Assembly: GCF_001194135.2 (NCBI RefSeq) | Contig: NC_068995.1 | Coordinates: 36,473,504 to 36,505,972, forward strand | Reading direction: 5' to 3' | DNA from: Octopus bimaculoides | Taxonomy: Eukaryota | Length of the DNA stretch: 32,469 bases | Shown here: one piece after another, positions 11,020-22,117 of the stretch | How positions within the stretch are numbered: the stretch's first letter is position 1 | Layout of the letters: each line of letters opens with the position of its first letter | Notes under the pieces: generated by a model | What the model saw: the letters and a program-made list of their open reading frames with translations, nothing else | What the model was told of the DNA's origin: nothing | Databases searched by the model: none | Position numbers and translations under genes: made by a program

Positions 11020-11474
11020 CAGCCCTTACCGTTTGTTCTCACTGTTCTGTCTTGTTTTTACTGTCTTGTTCTCATTGTCCTGTTCTTGTTTACACTTTTA
11101 CCCTCCGCAAAAATTTCCAAATTTTAATTAATTTGCTTGCGGGAAGGACTGCTCCAACAAAGTCGCGTATTGTCCTTGCCTTCGAAACGCGGAGTAGATG
11201 GAGCAGGGACAACTGAAGAAGGGAAATATTCTTTATGTTGCATGTCTCGTTTCTCTGTTTGTTTCTTTCGTTGTTCGAAAAAGTTCGTTTTCTGTCTTCG
11301 TCTTTATGTTTTCGTTTCTCGTTGTGTTTAACGTTCTTTTATGTCCTGTACCCATATATGCTTGTATGTATACATATAGATGTTGGTATGTACATATATG
11401 TATGGATATATGCATATAATTATATATTATTTATGTTATTATATGATTGAACGCCACGCATTGCCTCCAAGTAA

Positions 11475-11475
<1 letters not shown>
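11020..11475 (+). mobile_element. Probable PLE-type terminal/UTR repeat carrying the permuted hammerhead-like motif
   Basis: T-rich, CpG-containing segment with CTGAAGAAGGG and CGAAACGCG motifs typical of PLE termini, lying between the EN remnant and the PLE ORF start. Boundaries are approximate. Confidence 0.35.
11163..11223 (+). ncRNA. Hammerhead-like motif with non-circularly permuted strand order
   Basis: TCGCG-TA(11163-69), stem I TTGTCCTTGC(11170-79), CTTC-GAAA-CGCGG(11180-92), stem I partner GCAGGGACAA(11203-12), CTGAAGA(11213-19), AGGG. Stem I (10 bp) and stem III (6 bp) are in exact core register; stem II is weak. Confidence 0.5.
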
Positions 11476-11505
<30 letters not shown>

Positions 11506-12254
11506 TAATGCTGGGTAACCTCCATGAGTGTATAAAAAACTCCAGTTAGTTTGATTTACTAACCTTAGTCTATCTTCACATCAGTAAATCTATATGTCTC
11601 TATAGGGACTGCATTTTTCCAATAGAGAAAATAATGAAGTTATAATAAAGGAGAATAGAGAATTATATCCAGTTTTATTTAGCAGTTAATTATTCCTTTT
11701 CGTTTCTGCACCTACACATGTTTCTGCAGCAATTAACTGATGAACACTGCAAAATTTGCACCTTTATGTGCACTTATGGTTAGTTGTCACTTCTTCAAGT
11801 TGGAATCAACTGCATTATTCAGATAGAATCTAAATTAAATACAAGTCTAGCCGAAATACACGTGGTGTTGTCATTGTTCCAAAAATAGCCTAGATCATGA
11901 CCTTTTCAACTCTGTTGGTTAAAAACAAAAGGACTAGCTGAGCAAATGAAGCAAAGTACTAGAGAATGGAGCTTATAAACATAAACATATCTTTGAAAGA
12001 TATTGCAATACCACTGAAAAAAGAATACAAAAAAGATATTATCTATAAAACAAATGCTTTCATACACAGACTGAGATATGATAAGAAGGATGAAGACTTC
12101 AATAATAACATCAATGAAGAAATGCTACAGATACAGAGGATTTTTGAACGGGGAAACACCCACCACCAAACCAGTACTTGACAGTATTTGAGGATGAACT
12201 GTGGTCTATAGTAAAGGATATTAAATTTAAGAAATTCCCTCTTCTCCATTGGAC

Positions 12255-12718
12255 GCTAAACTCTGCTTGTGAAGACCTGTTGGGGCAAGCAAAAGTGAAA
12301 TCGTGATGGCACCACCTTTCGAGCATGATTGTTACCAGCATCGCCTTCCTGGCACTTGTGCCGCAGCTTCGCGTTCCTGGCACTTGTGCCGCAGCTTCGC
12401 GTTCCTGGCACGTGAAAAGTCATTCAAGTGAGATCGTTGCCAGTGCCACTGGACTGGCCCCTGTGCAGGTGGCACGTAAAATACACCATTTTGAGCGTGG
12501 CCGTTGCCAGTACCATCTGACTGGCCTTCGTACCGGTGGCACGTAAAAGCACCCACTACACTCTCGGAGTGGTTGGCGTTAGGAAGGGCATCCAGCTGTA
12601 GAAACTCTGCCAAATCAGATTGGAGCCTGGTGTAGCCATCTGGATCACTAGTCCTCAGTCAAATCATCCAGCCCGTGCTAGCATGGAAAGCGGACGTTAA
12701 ACGATGATGATGATGATG
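12255..12718 (+). mobile_element. RTE-tail non-autonomous retroposon inserted in the PLE ORF
   Basis: Ends TTAGGAAGGGCATCCAGCTGTAGAAAC...CATGGAAAGCGGACGTTAAACGATGATGATG, the same tail as other copies in the window. Confidence 0.8.
12346..12411 (+). repeat. 28-bp tandem repeat, 2.4 copies
   Basis: TTCCTGGCACTTGTGCCGCAGCTTCGCG at 12346 and 12374, partial copy at 12402. Confidence 0.9.
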
Positions 12719-13040
12719 ACACTAAGGAATAAAGATGAGTACTGGTGCCTGCAGATAACATGGGTAACCTATATAATTTAAGCATTCCTTACTATCATAC
12801 ACTGCTTAAGAATGAAATAACCAAGAACTATAAAGTAACAAACAGCAACGACCTAAGAAGAATAAACTTAATAGCCAGACATAATGGAAAAATATAAGAC
12901 AGCAGACAAAACAGAACCTTATGGACCCAGAATGCCTAGAATTAGCATTAAGGACCACAAACCTAATTTCAGAACTAACCCTAGTGTAAGGCTTATATAC
13001 TTATCAAAATCAGACTTAGGTACAATTAGTAAGATGATTA

Positions 13041-14415
13041 CTATATGATGTGTGTGTGCAAATAGCTACACTCCATGATAGTGAGACATGGGCTCTGAAT
13101 GCAGAAGACATGTGTAGACTGGAGAGAAATGAAGGTAGTATGATCTGTTGGATGTTGAACATCAGTGTGCATGTACAATGAAGTGCAAATGTATTGAAAG
13201 AAAAGCTGAGCATAAGAGGAATCAAATGTAGCATGCAAGAGAGGAGACTACATTGGTTTGGACATGTGATGAGTATGAATGATGACAGCTGCATAAAGAG
13301 GTGCCAATCACTGAAAGTGGATGGTACCTGTGGAAGAGAGAGAAACAGGAAGATGTGGGATGAAGTGGTAAGGACCGATCTCGGGATATTGGGCTTCACA
13401 GACGAAATGACAAAAGACCGAGATGTCTGGTGATATGAAGTTCTAGAGAAGACCCTCCCACGTCAGTGAAACTGAGTTCTAGAAGCACTGTGTGTCCCGC
13501 CCACACTTAACAAGAAAACTTCTCACACACTCTTCCACAACAAACCAAACTCCATCTCTTCTCTCTTCTCTTCCTCACATTTCCACTTCATGCACTATGC
13601 ATACCTCTCACTCCCCAATCCTATCCTCTTGACCATGAGTCACTGTATCATTGCTCTCTGCTAGCCCCCAACCTGTGTGTTCCACTCACATGCTTTGTCT
13701 CGCTGTATTATTGCTATCTCCTAGCCCCCGACCTGTATTTTCCACCCACATGTAACAAGAAAACGTTTCACTCACCCAACAAACTAATCTACATCTCCAC
13801 ATCTCTTCTTCCTCAAATTTCTTCCTTTATACACTATGCCTAGTTCTCATTCCCCAATCCTATCCTCATAGCGTTGTTCCTCTGTATCACTCCTATCCTG
13901 TAACCCGCCCCCCACCAACTCTATATATACCCAGGTTTTTGCCACTCACTCCCCCTCCCACTTCATACAATTTAATCACGCTTCCTTCGCAATATCTTGC
14001 CACTTATATTATGCCGTTCAAACCACAAGGGTATGTCCTGGCACTTGCCACCATGTATATCTCTCTCTTCCTTTACTCAACCATCCCATTTTTATTCCCA
14101 TCTCTATCCTGCTGTCTCCCACTCTCTCTCTCCTTCTCCTGCACTTCCCTCAGTTTGGGTAACCATGTATTTCCTTTGCGGTAGCGCACCTGTTTCTGTC
14201 TTCATTCCTGATCTTTTTCTCTCTATTTCTCCAGTTGGGTAACCTTGTACCTCCTCTAAAGCAAGACACCTGCTTCTGTCTCTCTGCCTCACTATAGCCT
14301 TTCATCATCCAACACAAGATCACCTCCTCCAATGCCCCCTCCCCTCTTGTAAGTTTTCTTATATCTTGCAAGTACTTGGTGACCATTTCAGTTCAGGTGC
14401 TACTTAAAAGCACCC
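13041..14415 (+). mobile_element. Second 5'-truncated RTE copy, directly after the PLE RT remnant
   Basis: Highly similar to 4288-4800 (compare supplied ORFs 13194..13433 and 4440..4667). The 3' UTR is longer and carries a diverged unit of about 245 bp twice (13510, 13755). Confidence 0.88.
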
Positions 14416-14589
14416 AGTCTGCACTGTATGTATGTATGCATGCATACATACAAACAAAAATACTGTTGATGTTTAAATTCCAATGAAAGAGCCCTAGATC
14501 TAGGTTGGAAACCAGCTCTTCCTCTATTGGCAAGAAATCTTGAAATAAAACTGAATAATGGTATACATACAAAAATACATATATGTGTG

Positions 14590-14970
14590 TGTGGTTGTCA
14601 GGTAAGAAGTTTGCTTCCCAATCATATGGTCTCAGGTTCAGTCCTACAGTGTGGAACCTTGGGTAAATGCTTTCTGTAGTAGCCCTAGACTCAAAGCCTT
14701 GTGAGTGGATTTGGTAGGTGGAAATGAAAGAAGCTTTTGTAGAGATGTGTGTGTGTGTCTGTCTGTCTGCCCCCCCCCCACAACTTGGCAACCGGTGTTG
14801 GTTTGTTAATGTCCTTGTAACTTACCAGTTCAGCAATAGAGACCAATAGGATAAGTAACAGAATTAAAGAAAAAAAAAGAAATACTGGAGTTTGTTTGAA
14901 TAAAACCTGTCAGGGTGATGCCCCATTATTACTGGAGACCAATGGCTAAAACCAGTAAAAGAAATGAATA
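14590..14970 (+). mobile_element. Diverged full-length SINE
   Basis: Head with GGTTCAGTCC, body AAAGCCTTGTGAGTGGATTTGGTAG and (GT)n, tail AAACCAGTAAAAGA. Confidence 0.7.
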
Positions 14971-15614
14971 TATAAACAAAAGTTTATTTTAAGTTTTCTA
15001 CACACATTTCCCCATTATGATCATTTGAAGCCTGGCAATGGAAGTTTCAAATACAAATAGCTCAACCATATTGGATCCTTAAGGATTTCTTGTCCAGGAA
15101 TCGAAATCACAATCTTATAACCATGAGTACAACCCCTTAACCACAAAGTCATGTCCCTCTACAGATATTAGACAAGTGTGGTGATAGCATGTATCTTTGT
15201 CTTACATCTCATTTCTGCTGTTTCTGACAATTCCTAGTCTATTCTGATGGTTGCCTTTTGATTCCAGTATAACACAGATGATCTTCTTGTCCTTTCCTTC
15301 AAAGTCAGCTTTTTATGATGAAGGTATGAACTCTCTCCCATCCATACACATTAATGCCGCCTCTATCACTCATGGATACCACCAATTTTATCTCCATTAC
15401 CCACTCTTCATCCTGTCTCTCTCTCACCATTACACTGCTTATGCAGTATTTCTGTTCAATCTACTTACCAACATGTAACTGTCTGTCATTCTCTCTCTGT
15501 TCCATTACTTTCATGTCACTCTCGTCTTTAATCACCATTTTGGTCATGTTACCATGAATGAATGCAGAGAAAGTAGAATAGAAAAGACACTTTTCTTTTA
15601 CCAGGGACAAGACT

Positions 15615-15935
15615 GCCTCACAGCATTGGTGCCTCAATAAAATGTAACCAGTACACTTAGTTGGTATTAAGGTAAGGCATCCAGCCATAGAAACTGCAGC
15701 AAATATGGAACTTACCAACAAGACATGGTCTCTAACCCATTTAGGATGGCAGTAGTAATTTGAAACCAGAAATAATTCAGACTGTAACAACCTATCCAAC
15801 CCATGTCAGCAAGAAGCAGATGTAAAATCGATATACATATATATATATATATCATCATCATCATTTAACATCCACTTTCCCTGCTAGCATGGGATGGACA
15901 GTTTAACAGGAACTGGCCAGGCAGAAGACTGCACC
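15615..15935. mobile_element. Two diverged RTE-tail fragments in opposite orientation
   Basis: Plus-strand tail at about 15615-15830 (TAAGGCATCCAGCCATAGAAAC); minus-strand tail at about 15851-15935 (CATCATTTAACATCCACTTTCC). Confidence 0.55.
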
Positions 15936-16808
15936 AGCACTGAGTGTGTGTATTATATATAAACCAACAATAAATTGTTGCTTTCTCTAATTAAGATTAC
16001 TTGTTTAAAAATTATATTAACACATTTTCTTTTGATAAAGTTTCACAAAAAAAAACAAACAAATATTAAAATAAAAATAACATTTCTTTATTTGAAAGGA
16101 TGCCTTAGCATTACTTGAGAGAAGAAAAGGGAAGTTGAGGCATCTATACCTTTCTTCCAAGGAATGAGAAACATAACGGAAAGAATTTGATTTGCACAAG
16201 ATTTATATGAAATATACTGAATTCAAAATCAAAATTCCTTACACAATTATAGAAGTAGTGGACTTAATTCATTGGCCAGTTTAATGTCACCATATGTTGC
16301 AAACATGTAAACATTCTTCTGATTGCAATTAGCTTTCTCCTTTTCTCATATCAGTCTCAGAGATGCCTGTAAAGATTTATGTATGAGGCCCTTCTTGCTC
16401 TATGTCACATGCCCCAAAAATATATTTAATGATCAGAATAAAGTATATACACAGATGTAGTGAAAGAAAAATATGAGTTGGTGACTAATGTTACTTTGAG
16501 AAAAAAATTTTTTTTTTTCGTCAGCAAATGCAGAAGAAAACTCTAAATGGCATTTACTGTTCATTGTAGAAGTGAATGTAACCTCTCCATAACCTGCCAA
16601 AGTATTATAATAAGTGTATTGTTTAAAATATTTACTAAACAGTTTGCTTGAGAGAGAGAGAGAGAGAGAGAACAGACTTGAAGAAGCTAAATGTGTTTAG
16701 TGTTACTTCCCATGCTTCCTAATGAAAAGAATATTACAAGGAAGTGATTGGGTTTCTCTTTTAGTGCATGCAAGAATATACTTTAGCTATTTAATCTTTT
16801 CTTTACCA

Positions 16809-17200
16809 TAGGCGCAGGAGTGGCTGTATGGTAAGTAGCTTGCTTACCAACCACATAGTTCCGGGTTCAGTCCCACTGCGTGGCACCTTGGGCAAGTGTC
16901 TTCTACTATAGCCTTGGGCTGACCACAGCCTTGTGAGTGGATTTGGTAGACAGAAACTGAAAGAAGCCCGTCGTATTTATGTATGTGCGTTTGTGTGTCT
17001 GTGTTTGTCCCCCCCACCATTGCTTGACAACCAATGCTGGTGTGTTTAGGTCCCCGTAACTTAGCAGTTCGGCAAAAAGAGACCGATAGAATAAGTACTA
17101 GGCTTACAAAGAGTAAGTCCTGGTGTCGATTTTCTCGACTAAAGGCAGTGCTCCAGCATGGCCGCAGTCAAATGACTGAAACAAGTAAAAGAGTAAAGAG
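16809..17200 (+). mobile_element. Full-length tRNA-derived SINE
   Basis: AGGCGCAGGAGTGGCTGTATGGTAAG (A-box-like), GGTTCAGTCCC (B-box-like), tail GACTGAAACAAGTAAAAGAGTAAAGAG. Confidence 0.85.
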
Positions 17201-17229
17201 TATACTGCTGTTGAAATACATTTAGCAGT

Positions 17230-17650
17230 TTAACCCTTTCGTTAACATATTTCTAATGAAATACACTGCCTTTTAATTCAATTAATTTTGAAAGCAATGA
17301 AGAATTTACAGTGGTGAAGGTAGCAAGCTGGCTGAAATGTTATTGCGACAGACAAATTACTTAGTGACATTTCTTCCAGATCTACATTCTGAGTTTAGAT
17401 TCTACCAAGGTTGACTCTGCCTTTCATCCTTTCAAGGTCAATAAAATGAGCACAACTGGGCTGATATAATCAACAAACCCCTCCCTGAATATTTCAGGTC
17501 TTGTGTCTATAGTAGAAAGATCATTAAGCTGGTGTCTAGAACATCAATTAACATGAAATTTTGATGAAAGGTTTTAATTTATATCACTTTAAAATAGGAA
17601 GTTCACATCATAAAACCAAGATCAGTTTTAGGCATGAAGGCATCAAAAGG
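17230..17650. mobile_element. piggyBac-type MITE (different family) with an internal SINE fragment
   Basis: TTAA-CCCTTTCGTT ... ATCAAAAGG. Confidence 0.45.
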
Positions 17651-18133
17651 CCATTTTAAGTATTTCAGTCGTTTAATATTTTCTATTTAAGTTTTCCTTC
17701 ACAGTATTGCTTAGCTTATTGTACAAGTCAGCACATCTCTTTTTGCATGCCATTAAGTATTTCAATTACAGTGACTTAGCAATTTGCTTATTAATACTAA
17801 AAAGTTATGGAGAAGCTACATTTCACTGAAGAGCATTAAAACAAACAAATAAAAGCGCCATGCATCCAGAGTTGTCTTTCATATTTAAGGAGGAAAAAAC
17901 ATATTAGTTACTAACAGTTTAATACTTTAATCTTTAGACTTTCACTTGCATAACTGCTTAATTACCATACAACTTAATTAGAATAGGAAGCTTGCTTCTT
18001 AACCACATGATTTCAGGTTCAGTCCCACTGCATGGCATCTTGGGCAGAAGTTCTTGTCATGTGCATGAAAGTGCTTGTACCTTCTAAAAGAGAAGAGGGA
18101 ATAGCAATTAATGTTTTCTATATGACAACTATG

Positions 18134-18476
18134 AAGGCACATGGCTCAGTGGTTAGAGCATTGGTTTCACAATCATGAGATAGTGAGTTCAATTTTTGGA
18201 CCAGGCTGTGTGTTGTGTTCTTGAGCAAGACGCTTTATTTCATGTTGCTCCAGTTCACTCAGCTGTAGAAATGAGTTGCAATGTCACTGGTGCCAAGCTG
18301 TATTGGTCTTTGCCTTTCCCGTGGACAACATCGGTGGTTGTGGAGAGGAGAGGCTGGTATGCATGGGCAACTGTTGGTCTTCCATAAACAACCTTGCCCA
18401 GGTTTATGCCATGGAGGGGAACTTTCTAAGTGCAATCCCATGGTCATTCATGACTGAAGGTGGTCTTTACTCTTTT
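18134..18476 (+). mobile_element. tRNA-derived SINE, second family
   Basis: GGCACATGGCTCAGTGGTTAGAGCA (A box), GAGTTCAATT (B-box-like), central CTTGAGCAAGAC...CACTCAGCTGTAGAAATG, tail CTTTACTCTTTTA. A diverged relative lies at about 18810-18900. Confidence 0.8.
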
Positions 18477-18480
18477 ACAC

Positions 18481-18606
18481 GACTAGTAATTAATGTATAA
18501 TAGTAGTAGTACTATAGTGAATAATAATTAATGACTAGTAATTATAGTAGTAGTACTATAGTGAATAATAATTAATGACTAGTAATTATAGTAGTAGTAC
18601 AGTGAA
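18481..18606. repeat. 44-bp AT-rich minisatellite, about 2.7 copies
   Basis: GACTAGTAATTATAGTAGTAGTACTATAGTGAATAATAATTAAT at 18533, a partial copy at 18577, and a variant with an 8-bp insertion at 18481. Confidence 0.85.
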
Positions 18607-19985
18607 TTGCCATAGTTGTTGGAACATTTGATAAAATGCCTTGTGGTAATTCATCTCCTTCTCTACCTATTGAAGTCAAATCCTGCTGAGATCAATTTTA
18701 CCTTTCATCCTTTTGGGGTGGTAAACTGACAGAACTTCTAGAGCATTGGGCAGGGTACATTGTGGTACCAGGCTCTGGTTCTTTGCATCGGCAGCAACAC
18801 TTGTGATGGGACTGGTGCCATGTTGTATCGACCCTTAGACAGCATCATCAGTGGCATGGAGAAAGGAAGTGGGGGAGACTTGCATGCAGGGGGCAAGTAA
18901 TAGATTCCACAAACCCTACCCATGTCCAGGCCTTTGTGTTAGAGAGAAACTTACCCGATACAAAATCACCATTGAAAGCAATGATCAAGGACGGGTGGGG
19001 GTGGGGGACTAAAGAATAGCACAAAACAACATTAAAATAAAGAGAGATGTAAGATCAAATTGGACACATGTGCTTCTAACAAAAAACCTATTTTTAGCCT
19101 TACTGAGAGGTGGGTAGTACTACAGTTAACTAATACATTGTTTCATCTCCAGTATGAAAGAACAACATGAAAATTGGTTTCAACAAAATTCTGGATTTGA
19201 TAGTAAGCAAAGAAAGTTCATTAGCAATCATTTATAAATAGTTAAGTTAGTGGTGATATAATTAATATATAGGGTATTAAAAAGCTAACTGAAAATAGTT
19301 GCAGTGAGGACAAAACAGTACTAACAAACAGAGGAGACAACTCTAGACATGATTTAATCTTATTATGATCTCATCAACAGATTTCATTCAATTTTCCAAA
19401 GGAGTGATGAAAGAGTCATTAAGTGTACCTCAGGGTTTATACTCTTTGGCATAGAAAAATAGAATTGTTTACAGAATAACCCAGAGAGCCCAATCTGCAT
19501 GAAAAGCAAACAGTTAAGTTATTGTAACTGCTAGCTCTCTTTTTGTTTTTCAACTATACTTTGTGTTTCTCATTCACAGTGCTTTATATTAATGTTTTAA
19601 AGATTTTATGCCATAGCAATGTCAATGAAGTAGAAGCAATAGTGGTCTGGAGTTGAGTTAAAGAACATTTTTGATATCAAAATACAGAGAGAAAAAAAAC
19701 AAACAAAAATGACAACAGACCATTATAACAATGACAGGTTAACTGTATCATAGACTGTGGACTATTAGATCCCAGTAATTGACATTCTTGGACATTTGTG
19801 GCCATTATTTTTGTGTCCCGAGTATAAATTTTGCTGACAGCCCCTCCGAAGAAACTTAATTTTCCCTTTAAGATTGTAACATGCAATTAATGATTGAAAG
19901 CACTTATCAACAGTTGTATTTCTTGATTGGATAACACTTCTTTGAGGACTGACTTTCTTCTTCATAGCTACATCAGTTTCTTTCT

Positions 19986-20213
19986 TTAAGCTTTCAGCAT
20001 TTAAACTGGCCATATCCATCCAAAATATTCTACCTGTTTTATGTTTGAACTGGCTAGCTCCAGCCTCTCACACCTAGCCTACAATGTTATTGTAAAAATA
20101 AACAATCATATCATTGAAATCTCAAAGCTATGAGATAATGCATGATTAATTCAAAGCAATGTGAATAAATTAGCATTACATTTGACAAAGTAATCTGAAT
20201 GCTGAAAGGTTAG
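19986..20213. mobile_element. piggyBac-type MITE
   Basis: TTAA-GCTTTCAGCATT ... AATGCTGAAAGG-TTAG; same family as the 25629 element, in inverted orientation. Confidence 0.65.
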
Positions 20214-21717
20214 TGGATCAATTAATTTCCAAACGGTGAGATGATGACAAGCAATATTGGATGGCATTAAATCAGAACATCTCCAAACTATCAACGCACA
20301 ATGAACAATGAAGTGGGGGAGAAAAAAAAAAATTTATATAAACACCATACTTGACATTCAAACAACAATATTTTCTCTTTCTCTTTATAACACATTTAAG
20401 TGTTTTCTTCATGAATGCTAACCATTTTAAACCAATTTTCCTCTGTATGTAATCCTGTCTAAATCGCAATCTATACATTCTTAATCTGTTTACCTTGTGC
20501 TGTTTTATTATTGCTGTTTATATTATTGCTGTTTATATTATTACTGCTATATTACTGCATGTATACATAATTATGTATTGTTGTCAGCTCTGCACAAATT
20601 ATATCTATTGTTTTTATAAATATACATACATACATATTTTGTTGATGTCATAAGAATGCTATATAAACTTTTGAGAGAACATGAATTAATTCATTTTTGG
20701 AACAGTGGATCTCGAAGCACATAAAGCTATAAATAACAGCATAGAAATATTAAGTTGAAAAATCCTTTTGGATAGAAAAAGGTGGAAGGTCACCCCCTGG
20801 ACACCAGCCTATATCTCCTAAAAAAAAAATGATAAGCATTCAATCAATTGATCAAAGGAATTCTTTGAACTTTAGAAACCCTGTTGTTACCAGTGAGATT
20901 TGTATGTTGTTGATGTTATAAGAATTTTACAAACTTTCGAGAGAATGTGAAATAAATCTGTTTTGGAACGGTAGATCTCAAAGCACATAAAGCTACAGAT
21001 AATAGCATGTAAGGATTGGGCTGAAGTATATGAACAGTATTCAACTCAAATGGAGAATGAGGATGGTTATATGCAAGAATTTGCTTATAAGTAGTGGGTC
21101 AGTCACATGTGAGGCACCCCTCATTTGCCTACAGTTACTCTTATTAATTAGACAGTTGATTTTTGAGTAGAAATAGGGACTTCGCATATATAAGATGAAT
21201 TTTAGATTCCAGTAAGAGTCACATATTGTAGGAGGCAAAAAAAAAATTAGACACTAACATCCAGTGATATCATTGACCAGGATACAAATACCCTAGTGGC
21301 TGTCAGGAAGGTGTTAATAATCTCTCTCTCTCACTCACTCTCTCTCTATATATATATATACTAAACACTAAAATAACGATTGTAGCACAAGCTTCTATAT
21401 ATGCACTTTTAAGGTGTTTAAACATTAATTCTTCTTTGTTACACCTAAAAAAAAAAAAGCTATCAAAAACCAAGATAAATGCACACATTTACATTAATAA
21501 CTGCACAGAACTCTAATTTCACCAAAACACACCTAAATTACAGAGTAGCACTACTTTCTTTCTTCAATATAATTCCTCATTTAAGTTTCATTTCAATTGA
21601 TAAGGCCTGAAAAAACAAAATTGTAGCAACAACTTACAATCAGTAATAGAAATAAGTTAATTAATCTAGAAGTAATTAATGTTTTTATCTTGATACATGT
21701 ATGACATGTACAAACTA

Positions 21718-21723
21718 TTTATT
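21718..21723 (-). promoter_or_regulatory. Candidate GET1 polyadenylation signal AATAAA
   Basis: AATAAA on the minus strand about 400 nt past the stop codon; no transcript data. Confidence 0.4.
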
Positions 21724-22117
21724 CCAGTAAATTCCAGTGGGAGCAAGTTTTCAGGACATTCTTTTGCTGATCTGTGTCTATGTTGTTTTTTTGTTGTCTC
21801 CAGTTTCAACTTTCTTCATCTTTGATGTAAACTTATACTCAACCACTGGTACCAAAACCAAAATAAATTGAGTAACCATCTGAGAAGGCACTAAACAGTT
21901 CAGCATTAGAAGCAAACGCAAGCATGGTAATTCCATCAAGAGTAACTTCCTTGGACAGTTGATGTCAAACAAATGCCGAAACCATTTGGCAGACTAGAAA
22001 TCCAGGAAATGCTGTCAACATCTCAGCACTGATGTTTCAAAGATACAAGAGTTTGTCAGCAAACTAGTTACACTATTAATAACTAGAAGTAGCAGTCATT
22101 CAGTAGAGGAAGGAGCC

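Larger units (their letters stand above)
11966..13040 (+). mobile_element. Penelope-like element, ORF N-terminus and start of RT, interrupted by an insertion at about 12255-12718
   Basis: MELININISLKDIAIPLKKEYKKDIIYKTNAFIHRLR resembles PLE SLKNIPIP...Y...LI.K...FI.R.RW. After the insertion: VPADNMGNLY...LLKNEITKNYK...ISIKDHKPNFRTNPSVRLIYLSKSDLGTISK, resembling PLE PADKT.NLY...ITLKDHK.NF...P..RLINP.KS..G.ISK. Confidence 0.82.

Noticed and set aside
11736-11880. CTGATGA ... GAAA ... GTC as a third hammerhead
   Set aside because: The core halves are over 100 nt apart and there is no stem I in register.
12346-18606. 28-bp and 44-bp tandem repeats as CRISPR-like arrays
   Set aside because: They are head-to-tail repeats with no unique spacers, in a eukaryotic context.
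18738-18960. GC-richer segment with open frames
   Set aside because: It resembles the central part of the SINE at 18134-18476 (CTGGTGCCA.G.TGTAT...GGAGA.G), so it is a decayed repeat.
21778-21972. ORF and acceptor-like site (ctgaac...ccttctcag|ATGGTT) in the GET1 3' UTR suggesting an extra C-terminal exon
   Set aside because: There is no credible upstream donor in exon 5 (only TTA|gtgcag), and exon 5 already ends at a WRB-like length.
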